The translations under genes and the position numbers were made by a program. Below, in pieces: positions 20,674 through 31,330 of a DNA stretch of 64,000 bases. Source of the stretch: Candidatus Poribacteria bacterium (lineage in GTDB: Bacteria; Poribacteria; WGA-4E; UBA9662). The first letter of the stretch is position 1. Each line of letters starts with the position of its first letter. The notes under the pieces are model-generated. The model searched no databases, was not told the DNA's origin, and saw only the letters and a program-made list of their open reading frames with translations. The stretch lies in the NCBI GenBank assembly GCA_046582655.1, contig JAYGDX010000068.1:32001-96000 (forward strand), written 5' to 3'.

Positions 20674-21600
20674 ATGAGCAGAAAAAAAATTAGTGTTATT
20701 GGAGCTGGTAACGTTGGTGCGACGGCAGCATTTCTCATAGCCCAAAAACAACTTGGTGATGTCGTGATGGTCGATATCATTGATGGTATTCCTCAAGGCA
20801 AAGCACTTGACATGGCGCAAACAGGACCAGTTGAAATGTTTGATGCCAATATATCCGGAGCGCTTGATTATGAAGAGACAGCTGAATCAGATGTGGTGAT
20901 TATTACTTCTGGATCTCCTCGGAAACCGGGTATGACACGTGAAGATCTTTTAAATACCAATGCAAAAATTGTTGGGAATGTTACCGAGAATGTTGCCAGA
21001 CACTCTCCCAATACTACACTAGTGATGCTGACTAACCCACTTGATATTATGACATATCACGCTTGGAAAGTTTCTGGATTTCCTCAGAATCGAGTCGTTG
21101 GACAAGCTGGTGTTCTTGACTCTGCAAGATTTCGCACTTTCATCTCCATGGAACTTGGAGTCTCCGTTGAAGACATCACTGCAATGGTAATGGGTGGTCA
21201 TGGTGACACCATGGTGCCGTTACCTCGTTATACAACCGTCGGCGGCATTCCAATTACGCAACTCATTTCAGAGGAAAGAATCGAAGAGATATCGGACCGG
21301 ACACGTAATGGTGGCGGTGAGATTGTTAATCTGCTTAAAGTTAGTGGTTATTACGCTGCTGGTGCATCACTAGCCCAGATGGCTGAGGCAATTATTCTAG
21401 ACAAAAAACGATTAATCCCCTGTTCAGCGTACCTTACTGGTCAATATGGCATCAATGACTTATACATCGGTGTTCCAGTTAAATTAGGCGCAAACGGGGT
21501 TGAAGATATTCTTGAAATTGAGCTCGAGGAAAGCGAACTAGAAGCACTTCAAAAGTCCTCACAGACCTATCGTGAAGGTATTCAGGTGATAGGTTACTAA
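20674..21600 (+). CDS. mdh: Malate dehydrogenase (LDH-like)
   Basis: IGAGNVG, PRKPGMTREDL, GVLDSARF, GGHGD. Confidence 0.96.
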   Translation: MSRKKISVIGAGNVGATAAFLIAQKQLGDVVMVDIIDGIPQGKALDMAQTGPVEMFDANISGALDYEETAESDVVIITSGSPRKPGMTREDLLNTNAKIVGNVTENVARHSPNTTLVMLTNPLDIMTYHAWKVSGFPQNRVVGQAGVLDSARFRTFISMELGVSVEDITAMVMGGHGDTMVPLPRYTTVGGIPITQLISEERIEEISDRTRNGGGEIVNLLKVSGYYAAGASLAQMAEAIILDKKRLIPCSAYLTGQYGINDLYIGVPVKLGANGVEDILEIELEESELEALQKSSQTYREGIQVIGY

Positions 21601-21945
21601 ATCAGCTGAAAATCCCTCCTGATATGCCCTGTTCTTCCATACTGTTAGCTCGGAATCATGGCGTAATCTTTATTTTAATGGCACATATGTCGATGTATCC
21701 GGCATTAATTCCGCAAGCTGTGGACATTGGAACTGTCCAGTTTTTAAACGCGCTCCAAGATTTAATGGCGGTGAGACCTTATCAGCCTGTGGAACTAACC
21801 TCGATTATCGTTGAACTTTCAATGCCTAGTTGTGTTAACCGCTTTGAAGGATGTGAAATTACTGTTAGCTGCACGATTGCTGCACACGGAGAGGGCTTCT
21901 GGGAGGCGTAGGATGGATTATGGCATGACTGAAGGGGCAAAGGAG

Positions 21946-23493
21946 ATGAAATTCGATCCGATTAAGCTGGAACTTTACAGGAATATCCTGAACTCGATTG
22001 CTGAAGAAATGGGAGTCGCGCTTTGCCGATCAGCCCTGTCAACAAATATCAAGGAAAGACGGGATTTTTCTTGTGCTATATTCAATCGGCACGGAAAAAT
22101 GATTGCACAGGCCGCCCATATTCCAGTGCATCTTGGATCAATGCCCCTCTCAGTTTTGTCAGTAATTGAGGACCTTGGGATGTCGAAAGGTGACATGGTT
22201 ATTCTAAACGATCCATTCCGTGGTGGCACACATCTACCCGACATTACACTGGTTGCACCAGTTTTCATTGAGGAAGAGACTCCAATTTTTTTTGTTGCCA
22301 ATCGTGCTCATCATGCTGACGTTGGCGGAATAACACCAGGGTCAATGCCACTTTCAACCCATATAATTCAAGAAGGTATTCGCATTCCACCAATCAAGAT
22401 TGTCGAAAATGACGAGATTCGGGGTGATGTGTTCGGTCTGCTGCTTTCTAATGTACGTACACCAGAGGAACGGCGTGGTGATTTGGAATCACAAATATCG
22501 ACCAACCGGATCGGGAAACAACGACTCATTGAAACTTCAGAAAAATATGGTATTACTGAAGTCAGCGATTATATGAATCAACTCCAAGAGTATTCGGCTC
22601 GAGTAATGCGACAAATTCTCTGTCATCTCCCAGATGGTTCGTACACCTTTTCGGATTTTCTCGATGACGATGGTATCGATAACCATCCTATTGAACTTTG
22701 TGTAAAGATAACCATTGATGGTACAGAGGCTATTATCGACTTCACTGGGAGCGCTGATCAGGTCAAAGGAAGTATGAATGCAACATATGCTATTACAGTT
22801 TCCGCCGTGTTTTACGTTTTCCAGTGTCTTGCCTGTGGTGACATACCATCAAATTCAGGGTGTCTTGATCCAATTGAAATCATTGCCCCAGCAGGTTCTA
22901 TCGTAAACGCTCAATTTCCCGCAGCGGTGGCGGGAGGTAATGTCGAAACATCCCAACGGATTGTAGATGTCCTCCTTGGTGCATTAGCCAAGGCATGCCC
23001 GGATCGCATTCCAGCGGCAAGTTCTGGAACAATGAATAACCTAACTATCGGCAATCAGAATTACACCTACTACGAGACAATTGGTGGTGGAATGGGGGCT
23101 AATCCAAATCGGGACGGTATTTCGGCCATCCAAACTCATATGACCAATACACTCAATACACCAATTGAATCAATTGAAACATCTTATCCTTTGCAAGTTG
23201 AAAAATATAGAATTCGATCCAACAGTGGTGGAGCGGGAAGATTTCGTGGCGGTGACGGTATCGTTAGATCCTTCCGTCTGCTTTTGCCTGCGCAAGTCAC
23301 AATTCTATCTGAACGGAGAAAGTTTGCCCCATATGGGCTCGATGGTGGAGAATCAGGAGAGACTGGTCGCAATACACTAAAACGGAACAATCAAGATATC
23401 GAGCTTGACGGAAAAGTAAGCTTCACTGGAGATAACGAAGACGTTATCGAAATTAGAACACCAGGCGGAGGAGGATTTGGCGCTTTGAAGTAA
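21946..23493 (+). CDS. Hydantoinase B / 5-oxoprolinase subunit
   Basis: [48 protein letters not shown]. Start ATG 21946 after AGGAG. Confidence 0.92.
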   Translation: MKFDPIKLELYRNILNSIAEEMGVALCRSALSTNIKERRDFSCAIFNRHGKMIAQAAHIPVHLGSMPLSVLSVIEDLGMSKGDMVILNDPFRGGTHLPDITLVAPVFIEEETPIFFVANRAHHADVGGITPGSMPLSTHIIQEGIRIPPIKIVENDEIRGDVFGLLLSNVRTPEERRGDLESQISTNRIGKQRLIETSEKYGITEVSDYMNQLQEYSARVMRQILCHLPDGSYTFSDFLDDDGIDNHPIELCVKITIDGTEAIIDFTGSADQVKGSMNATYAITVSAVFYVFQCLACGDIPSNSGCLDPIEIIAPAGSIVNAQFPAAVAGGNVETSQRIVDVLLGALAKACPDRIPAASSGTMNNLTIGNQNYTYYETIGGGMGANPNRDGISAIQTHMTNTLNTPIESIETSYPLQVEKYRIRSNSGGAGRFRGGDGIVRSFRLLLPAQVTILSERRKFAPYGLDGGESGETGRNTLKRNNQDIELDGKVSFTGDNEDVIEIRTPGGGGFGALK

Positions 23494-23539
23494 TTTTTTT
23501 TAGCCTCAACCTCCGTGTTACTATCTCCCAACTGACCAA

Positions 23540-23588
23540 AAAATCGACGAACCGTCAGAACTGATACCTGACACCTTTGTCGATTTTC
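23540..23588. terminator. Hairpin between convergent genes, possible bidirectional terminator
   Basis: AAAATCGAC...GTCGATTTT outer arms and GTCAG...CTGAC inner arms. Confidence 0.45.
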
Positions 23589-23593
23589 TTACG

Positions 23594-24127
23594 CTAATAC
23601 TCACGAACGCGAATATTACGGAATGAAACCGGACCATGATCGCCCTGTAGCATCAATGGGCCTTTGGCCGGGTTATCATCACCCAGTTGCCCACCAGTTG
23701 GACCATTAATAGTAACATTATCATGAATTTTTTTGCCGTTTAGTGTTACTGTCAGTACCATTTCCTTGAGTGTAATATCCATAATTTGCCATTCACCCGC
23801 CGGGTTTGTGGCTTCTACGTCAGGACGTTTCTGGTTGTAAAGAGCGCCGTTCTCTGCAGGATAATCATAGGTTTTCCCCAAACTATCTAAAACTTGTAAT
23901 TCGTAACGACCACGCAGGTAGATACCACTGTTACTCCCTTCAGGAAACAGATACTCAATGTGTAGGTCGAAGTCACCAAATTCATCCTCAGTAATAATAT
24001 CAACAGCATGCTTTGTATTTTCAAGAATACCATTATGAGCAACCCACGCATGCTCTTGATTGGTGTGACGCATTCGCCAACCACTTAAATCTTTACCATT
24101 AAAAATTTCGATCCATTTACTGTCCAT
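23594..24127 (-). CDS. DUF1080 (3-keto-disaccharide hydrolase family) protein
   Basis: IFNGKDLSGW, SNSGIYLRGRYELQVLDS, LQGDHGPVSFRNI. Confidence 0.9.
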   Translation of the reverse strand: MDSKWIEIFNGKDLSGWRMRHTNQEHAWVAHNGILENTKHAVDIITEDEFGDFDLHIEYLFPEGSNSGIYLRGRYELQVLDSLGKTYDYPAENGALYNQKRPDVEATNPAGEWQIMDITLKEMVLTVTLNGKKIHDNVTINGPTGGQLGDDNPAKGPLMLQGDHGPVSFRNIRVREY

Positions 24128-24489
24128 AATTATCTCCCAATTCACAAATATTTGTAGCATTCTAAGACATTAAACATATTGTAATAGAATTGCTAGATAA
24201 AAAACAAGCGCGGATATCGTCAAAAATCAATTTACGATTTTCCAAAATTATACCTACAATAAAACACATGATACTGACTGTTGCCGTAATTTTTTCATGT
24301 CCTTAACCAGATATCACTGATAATCACATCCAAGTTGCAGGAAATTAACCCGCGCCGGTTAGAGTTTCAAGGAGTATGAATTGCATTGAAAGAGTATTTA
24401 GAGTCCTTTTCTCTAGAATTCAGCCAAATTTTTGGGCCGCGTTGACACGTCCAAATTGGAACACGATTGTAACTTAATTGGACTTGATC

Positions 24490-24970
24490 TTTTCCCACGA
24501 AGCATTGAACATTGAATCGGCTGTTACATCGACTTGAACCTGCCCCCGCAGTGTTCAGTTTGTTATGGGCAGAAGATAAAAGTCATTCCCTTGTGATTGC
24601 AGCTGTAAGCCAAATGATAAGATGAGCAAGAATGATCATTTTCGTTCTACGCTGCAGAAAGACAACTAGCGTGGTTTTGAGCCAAAATGTGTTCTCTTTG
24701 ACAGTTGGTATTCTGGTTTATGACAACCTGAAAGCAATTGGCAATATCGGATGGATGTGGCTGACCAGGTTGAAAATGAATAGTCTGCTTAACCCAGATG
24801 GTTTGGTCTAATTCAAATCAATCAACTACCAATTGGAGTCCTTGGCCTGACAGCTCATCTTAGAGGTTATGGTTAGGTCAAAATGTTCAATATAGTATCC
24901 ACCAAACGATGCATTGAACGGGAAAAAGTCCGTTCCGACTAGGGACAACGGAATCATATTGGTTTGAAGT
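24490..24970 (+). mobile_element. Decayed IS701-family transposase remnant
   Basis: Frame-broken fragments HEALN/RLLHRLEP, KNDHF, RGFEPKCVLFDSWYS, NLKAI..IGWMWLTRLKMN..LNPDG, HLRGYG*VKMF, QRNHIGL, all recalled as typical of IS701 DDE transposases. Confidence 0.75.
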
Positions 24971-25068
24971 AAATAGGGGTTGTCCGCACCGCTGTCTGTG
25001 TATGCTTATTTAAATCTTTTTACCAATTATTTCCTGCTGCGCAACTTATATTGATTTAGGAATCACAA

Positions 25069-25926
25069 CTACCCGTTAATCCAGCGGTGGTACTCATTTA
25101 AGATAATCTCTCGTGAACAACTTGGTCGATACACCATCCGAGCATTAAAACCGTATTTAGTATTGACCTGATAATCAGGAATAATGAACTGGAAATCCCA
25201 AGCCGGGTTAGTAGTTTGATACTGGCTATTTGTTCCTCCACCAGATGGTGAATGGGTAATTCGGATACCTTCGTTACGATCAAACATCACAATCCAGATA
25301 TGCTCATCGAACAGCCCATAAAACAAGGGAAGTTGGTAGAGCATAGGCGAGAAGTTACGAAATAGCGCATCACCATAATCGTGGTTGAAGGTCAGTTGCA
25401 TGTCATCACCAACATGGCAGACTGTGCTTTCGTCGTTGTGCCGTTGGGTACAGAGTTGCGCCCAGTGTGAGTTGTCGTTCTGAAAATAGATGCTTTTATC
25501 AAGCGGTGCATTAATATAACTAGCCCAGAACAACCCAATATAACCACCTTCAAACACATGCTGGTGCGCCAAAAAACGGAAATTGATATCTATGTAATAC
25601 GGTTCAACGAATTTGAAGAGGGTCCAACTTTCAAGGAAAAACGTAGGTGTAGGTGGCTGATACAGTTCGGCTTCACTATCCGATAGACGGCGAAACGTCA
25701 TCGGCGCGTGACGCGGTTCAAAGAAGATTTCGGGTGAACCGTTGGTATGGCCGTCGAAAATATGTTCCAGATTCCAACCAGCGTAGGTTGGAACAAACAG
25801 GTTTCGTTGACTGGATTCGTGTGTCAGGTGCCAGATTCCATTGTAGCCAACACGGTGGTCGGCGTCTGCCGCATTATCTCCGACTATAGCGGTCAATTCA
25901 CCAACTTTGAATGTGGCGGACTCCAT
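25069..25926 (-). CDS. Conserved hypothetical protein (possible galactose mutarotase-like beta-supersandwich)
   Basis: 285 aa clean ORF with RBS; aromatic/His-rich motifs GWNLEHIFDG, FWASYI, NPAWDFQF. Confidence 0.6.
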   Translation of the reverse strand: MESATFKVGELTAIVGDNAADADHRVGYNGIWHLTHESSQRNLFVPTYAGWNLEHIFDGHTNGSPEIFFEPRHAPMTFRRLSDSEAELYQPPTPTFFLESWTLFKFVEPYYIDINFRFLAHQHVFEGGYIGLFWASYINAPLDKSIYFQNDNSHWAQLCTQRHNDESTVCHVGDDMQLTFNHDYGDALFRNFSPMLYQLPLFYGLFDEHIWIVMFDRNEGIRITHSPSGGGTNSQYQTTNPAWDFQFIIPDYQVNTKYGFNARMVYRPSCSREIILNEYHRWING

Positions 25927-26097
25927 GTCTTGTTTTCTCCTTTGCCTGATTCTCCGACTCCTCCGATTATAGCATCAACATGAAAAATTGGGGATAAATT
26001 TTCTCGTTGATTTATGCGATACAAAATGTATAATGTCGGTAGCCAAAATACGTTTTCCAGATTCAAGAACATTTGTACTGAACAAAGGAAACATCGC

Positions 26098-26937
26098 ATG
26101 AGCACATTCCATCTGACAGATCAGCAAGTAAGTTTTTTTCATACATTTGGTTATCTCAGTTTCCCCGGGTTAATGACAGATTGTATTGAGGAGATTGAAT
26201 CAGCCTTTGAAGCCCTATGGGCAGAAAACGGTGGTGGACACAATGGTCAGCCACATGATGGTAAAGCCAGATCCTGTATAGCACAGTTTATTGGCCAAAG
26301 CGAGCGATTAAGCGCGTTGCTGGATGATCCACGTATTCTTGTTATCGCCAAAACACTACTTGGCGATAACTTCAATTACATGGGTAGCGACGGCAATTAC
26401 TACGTTGGTGATACCGGTTGGCATTCCGACGGATGGCGCAAGGAGATATTGCACATCAAGATCGCCTTCTACCTTGATCCGCTGACTCGCGATACAGGTT
26501 GTCTCCGCGTAGTCCCAGGGAGTCACCTCCTCGGCGATAGCTATGCCGATTCGCTCTCCCAAAAAACTCGTAAGAGTCAGGAGTTGTGGGGAATCAGTGG
26601 GCAACAGGTGCCAGCCACTGATTTTGAAACGCAGCCAGGCGACGTGGTTTGCTTCAATCACAATATCAAGCATGCTACTTTTGGTGGTGGTACCCGTCGA
26701 CGTATGTTTACCATGAACTGTTGTCAGCGTTACCCGGAAGACCGTCTGGAAGATTTTCGCAACTACATTAGTGGTGGCGCCCGGTTCTGGGTCGAGCGAG
26801 GATATGGTGAGGTGATGATTCGCACAGCTGGACCAAAACGGATGCGGCATCTGGAACAGAAACTGGCTAACGACGGACATCTGGCCGAACTCTCCCGCCA
26901 AGCTCGTAACGCTATGTCAGAACCTTCGCGAGGATAA
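26098..26937 (+). CDS. Phytanoyl-CoA dioxygenase (PhyH)-family Fe(II)/2-oxoglutarate oxygenase
   Basis: LTDQQVSFFHTFGYL, GWHSD, GCLRVVPGSH, PGDVVCFNHNIKHA. Confidence 0.9.
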   Translation: MSTFHLTDQQVSFFHTFGYLSFPGLMTDCIEEIESAFEALWAENGGGHNGQPHDGKARSCIAQFIGQSERLSALLDDPRILVIAKTLLGDNFNYMGSDGNYYVGDTGWHSDGWRKEILHIKIAFYLDPLTRDTGCLRVVPGSHLLGDSYADSLSQKTRKSQELWGISGQQVPATDFETQPGDVVCFNHNIKHATFGGGTRRRMFTMNCCQRYPEDRLEDFRNYISGGARFWVERGYGEVMIRTAGPKRMRHLEQKLANDGHLAELSRQARNAMSEPSRG

Positions 26938-26998
26938 TCTTCAGATATATCACAAGTCATAATAAATTTTCAACTTTAGTAAAAGAAAGAAAGGAAGT

Positions 26999-28067
26999 AT
27001 GAAGCCTAAATTTCGGGTTGGCATCGTCGGCGCCGTATCCAGTTACAGCCTGCATTATGGCCAGACGCTTTGGGACATGCCGGGCATTGAGTTGGCCAGT
27101 TTGGCCTATCTGGGGCGAGACCCAAAATATATTAAACATTCGCTCAACCTGCCGTGGCTGGCTAAGTATCCGAAAACGCTCGAAAGTTACGCTGAAACAT
27201 TCAAAACGCAGATCTACGAAACAGTAGATCATAATGGTTGCAAGTAGCAAACCGGACGCGGTTTGTATTTGTGCCGAAGACTATCTGCATCAGCACTACG
27301 CCTTACAAGCAGTCGCTAGCGGGATGCATGTGTTCCTGCCTAAACCGTTTGCTCGTTCCAGTGAAGAAGCCGAGACCATGTTCAAGGCGGCAAATACGAA
27401 TAATCTAGTGATGGTTGGAAGTTTACCTCATCGTTTCCAAGCTGCATCTGCTACTGCTCGTCAAGCAATCGACGATGATAAAATTGGATGTCCGGTTTCT
27501 GGTCACTTTTCCATCGCGCACCATCTCTCGCTAGGAGGTTGGAAGAGTGATCCTAGCATGGCCGCAGGGCCAGAACTGGAGGTTGGTTTCTACGCTTTTG
27601 ATCTAATGCGGATGCTGATGAAAAGCGAACCGCAAACGATAATGGGTATTGGTGTCAATCTCGACCATCATGGAATTCCTTACATCGATAACGGTAAATG
27701 TATTATCAAATGCCAAAACGGCGCCTTGGCGTCAATTGATCTCATTTTTTCCATACACCAACCTTTTTCCGCTGCTCGAAAAATGCATGTAGTTGGTGAT
27801 GAAGGGGCTTTAACGATAGAACCTGATCCGAACACTGATGGGGAGTGCGTCGCCATCTACAGACCAGATAGAATTGAGCGGCAGAAAATTCCCAAATGGG
27901 ATCCCCACGCCAAGGAGTTAGGTGCCTGGATAGATCTCTGTCGGAACGGAGGAGATTCCACCAAATGGCAACAGGAAGGGTTGCGGACACTTGCGATGAT
28001 TTCCGCTTACAAGCAAGCCTACCAAAACAACGAGATGTTAACCTTGGATCAGGAGGGAAAAAGTTAA
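26999..28067 (+). pseudogene. Gfo/Idh/MocA oxidoreductase split by a single frameshift near 27231
   Basis: FRVGIVG N-terminal piece (26999-27247) continues in another frame as PDAVCIC...HVFLPKPFA; removing one base at GATCATAATG joins them. Confidence 0.75.
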
Positions 28068-28822
28068 TGGATTGGTACGGACATACTTTTGCATTCAAGG
28101 TTCGGGTGGATGTCGAGCATGTCGAAGCTCAAAGATATATCGGTGACTTTCGCATGACAAAGGTATCAGTGATCAACCTTCTGGATTTGCTGGATGAAAT
28201 TAGTGTCAAGTTATCGTTTTGCGTACTGGGCATTACGGCTGAGTTTTATCCCAATCTCATCGCCGAAGTTATCGAGGCTGGACATGAGGTCTACGGACAC
28301 AGTATGTATCACGAACCTGCCTTAGCCGAACGGCCATTAACTGAACAACACCATGAAATGCGACGTATGCGGGAGGCTATTAAAAATGCTGGTGGGATTG
28401 ACGTGCGCGGTGTTGGAATTCCTCATCACGGCATGGCAGACGAGAACACATTGCGTGCGATCGTAGAGGTGGGGATCGAGTACGTGGAATCAAGGTTTCA
28501 AGCTAAAAATTCAGTCCTCCCCAAATGGCGTTCCATCGATGGCACAAATCTCAAAGTGATTGTGCCGGGCGACCAGAGTCGTGGTGCTTCAGATTACACC
28601 GACCGGCGTCCGTATTGGGCTCAGGTACACGAGGAAACATTCAGTCCAACCAATGCCAAAACCAAGTGGATGGCAAATATCGATTGGGCCAAAGAAAATG
28701 GAAGAATGGCACAGTTAGTCATCCATCCGTGGATGCTGATGGTCAACCCAGGCGAAGTCAAAGTAATAAAAGATCTGCTAATCTACGCCCGTGATCAAGG
28801 AGCTTGGATGGCAACCGTTTGA
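28067..28822 (+). CDS. Polysaccharide deacetylase (NodB/CE4-like)
   Basis: RVDVE, HEVYGHSMYH, IHPW; ATG overlaps the upstream TAA. Possible frameshift in the last codons. Confidence 0.8.
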   Translation: MDWYGHTFAFKVRVDVEHVEAQRYIGDFRMTKVSVINLLDLLDEISVKLSFCVLGITAEFYPNLIAEVIEAGHEVYGHSMYHEPALAERPLTEQHHEMRRMREAIKNAGGIDVRGVGIPHHGMADENTLRAIVEVGIEYVESRFQAKNSVLPKWRSIDGTNLKVIVPGDQSRGASDYTDRRPYWAQVHEETFSPTNAKTKWMANIDWAKENGRMAQLVIHPWMLMVNPGEVKVIKDLLIYARDQGAWMATV

Positions 28823-28870
28823 AGGGTTAATTAATTTGACACAAGACTAACACCCTAAAAGGAGAAGCAT

Positions 28871-29650
28871 ATGAAACCAGGTTTTATGTCTTCGGTTTGC
28901 CCGAAGCAAACACTTTCTGAATTGATTGAAACGGCCAAAAAATACGGTTACCAGGGAATAGAGTTTCGGGTGGAATGGGACCATCAACACGGTATAGAGC
29001 TAAATGCTACCGACGAGGAACTTCAGCAGGCCAAGCAGCTGTTAACGGATAACGGTATCGTCGCCTCCTGTATTGCGACTGGTGTTCAGTTTAACTCAGG
29101 TAATCGTTCTGACCACCTTTCGCAGCGCGACTCACTTCAAAAGTATATTGGACTGGCAGCCAAGATGGATGTTCCGTACCTGAGAACTTTTAGTGATCCG
29201 GTTCCTGAAGAAGATGAAGTTGCCCGGAACGAAGTGTTGAATCTAGCTGCGGAATCTTATGCTTCCGTCGATGATTGGGCTAAACAACACGGCGTTCAGG
29301 TTTTGGTGGAAACACATACCAACATGCGGGCCCACTGGGCTAAGCAGATCTTAGATACAGCCAGTGCAGATAGTTTAAATATTCTGTGGGATGCTGGCCA
29401 TCATTTGGGTCGGGGGCAATCGGTGGAGGAAGCGTATCCGTACTTATGCGGACAGGTATCGCACCTACACTTTAGATCTAATCCCAGTAGTGAGACACTG
29501 ACCGACGTTGACAATCAGCAGATCTTCAGCCTTTTAGCTGCTGATAGGTTTACAGGGTTCTTCTCGCTGGAGGTGATAAATCCTGAAGATTCCGAGGCCG
29601 TTTTGAACCATCATATAGCCAAGTTCACCGAATTCATGAAGGGAATCTAA
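28871..29650 (+). CDS. Sugar phosphate isomerase/epimerase (AP-endonuclease-2 TIM barrel)
   Basis: GYQGIEFR, LVETH, LWDAGH, HLHF, SLEV metal-ligand pattern. Confidence 0.88.
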   Translation: MKPGFMSSVCPKQTLSELIETAKKYGYQGIEFRVEWDHQHGIELNATDEELQQAKQLLTDNGIVASCIATGVQFNSGNRSDHLSQRDSLQKYIGLAAKMDVPYLRTFSDPVPEEDEVARNEVLNLAAESYASVDDWAKQHGVQVLVETHTNMRAHWAKQILDTASADSLNILWDAGHHLGRGQSVEEAYPYLCGQVSHLHFRSNPSSETLTDVDNQQIFSLLAADRFTGFFSLEVINPEDSEAVLNHHIAKFTEFMKGI

Positions 29651-29698
29651 GTTGGCCAACCTGCAAGACCGCACGCACAACAGCAAAAGAGCATTGCA

Positions 29699-31213
29699 AT
29701 GATGAACCAACAATCAAGCCCAAATTTTCTTGTTTTTATCGTTGATCAGATGAACAGTTTCAGCCTTGGATGCCATGGTAATTCAGATGTCCGCACACCC
29801 AATATAGACAAGTTATGCGCTGGAGGTACAAGTTTTGACCGCGCCTACTGTAGCAATCCGGTCTGTTCCCCCTCCAGAGCTACGCTCCATACCGGACTGA
29901 CTCCCCGGCAACACGGTTTGGTCACCAACGGGTGTAAATTGACGGATCAGATGCCCACGTTGCCACAGGTGTTGGCGGACAATGGGTATCGTACCCATTG
30001 TGTTGGCAAGATCCATTTGCAACCATTCAGCACCTCTGACTTTGGCGAGGAAGGTCATCCCCTTTCGTGGGAGAGTCGCGACCTGTGGAATGAAGGTGTG
30101 ATCGAAGGATTACCCCTACCATATTATGGCTATCAAACGGTGGACTATGTTGGTGGACATGTCAACTATGTCAACGGTGATTATATCAATGACGTGGAAG
30201 CACGGTCTCCAGGTACCAGAGCAAAACTGAGCCGGGCAGAGGCATACCATAGTGTACCGAAAAGTCAAGCTTGGCGAATGCCAATTGATCCGGAATTGCA
30301 CTATAATCATTGGATCGCAGACAGGTCGATGGACTTTCTCGATTCGGTGCCGGATGAGGATAATTTCTTTCTTGTCACCTCTTTCCCAGATCCTCACCAT
30401 CCCTTTGCTGCCTGTCGACCCTACAGCGAAATGTATGATCCCAACGAGGTCACCTTGCCGGAAACCTGGAACGAAGGTGAAGATCTCTGTGGTTACCTTC
30501 AACGGGATGCCAACACCGGGCACAGTTCGTGGGACGAAACCGCTTTACGAGAATCCATCGCCCAGACTTACGGTATGGTCACTCACATCGACGACAATGT
30601 CGGCCGTCTGCTCCAGTACCTTGATCAAACCGGACACGCCGACAACACTGTTGTAGTGTTTCTGTCTGATCACGGTGAGTATCTTGGTTCTCATCACCTG
30701 CTACTGAAAGGGAAGTGGCCCTACGAACAGGTGGTGCGTGTGCCGTATATCTGGAAAGATCCAAAAGCAAGAGCGAGAGGAAGATCTGATCAAATTGCCA
30801 GCCTGCTCGATTTTGTGCCGACGGTGCTTGATTATGTCAAAATTGATCAAATTCCTTTTAAGTTGCGTGCCGAGGGGAAAGGAACTACACCAACCCTGCC
30901 GGGGAGATCATTGCGAAGCTGGATTGAAGGAAATACAGAGTCGAGTGTCGGCGCCTTAGTCGAGTATGACGAAGACTTCTCTGCAGGACATATATGTCGC
31001 TACCGGATGTTTATTGAATCACGATTCAAGGTCTGTCTCTACGGAGGAACAGGGCAGGGGGTTTTGCTCGATCTGGAACAGGATCCACATGAACGCCGTA
31101 ACCTATGGACAGATAGCAGCTACACCAGCATCCGAAACGATATGCTGGCCAAACTGGCTGACCGATTGGCGTGGACGGATCGGCTTGATTCCCCTCGTTA
31201 TTGTGGTGCTTAA
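29699..31213 (+). CDS. Cys-type sulfatase, no signal peptide
   Basis: PNFLVFIVDQ, CSPSRA, VGKIH, PDPHHP, SDHGE. Confidence 0.93.
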   Translation: MMNQQSSPNFLVFIVDQMNSFSLGCHGNSDVRTPNIDKLCAGGTSFDRAYCSNPVCSPSRATLHTGLTPRQHGLVTNGCKLTDQMPTLPQVLADNGYRTHCVGKIHLQPFSTSDFGEEGHPLSWESRDLWNEGVIEGLPLPYYGYQTVDYVGGHVNYVNGDYINDVEARSPGTRAKLSRAEAYHSVPKSQAWRMPIDPELHYNHWIADRSMDFLDSVPDEDNFFLVTSFPDPHHPFAACRPYSEMYDPNEVTLPETWNEGEDLCGYLQRDANTGHSSWDETALRESIAQTYGMVTHIDDNVGRLLQYLDQTGHADNTVVVFLSDHGEYLGSHHLLLKGKWPYEQVVRVPYIWKDPKARARGRSDQIASLLDFVPTVLDYVKIDQIPFKLRAEGKGTTPTLPGRSLRSWIEGNTESSVGALVEYDEDFSAGHICRYRMFIESRFKVCLYGGTGQGVLLDLEQDPHERRNLWTDSSYTSIRNDMLAKLADRLAWTDRLDSPRYCGA

Positions 31214-31262
31214 TCGACAGCAGAACAAATAAATTTCCGCGCCCCTGGAGATTTTTCAGTAA

Positions 31263-31299
31263 TTGCGTGCCCTCAAGATGGCACGTATGCAATCTTTTT
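31263..31299 (+). terminator. Possible intrinsic terminator or stabilising hairpin between the sulfatases
   Basis: GCGTGCC-N8-GGCACGT stem followed by TCTTTTT. Confidence 0.3.
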
Positions 31300-31330
31300 C
31301 AAAGACGACCTGAATCAAGGAATACTTGCT

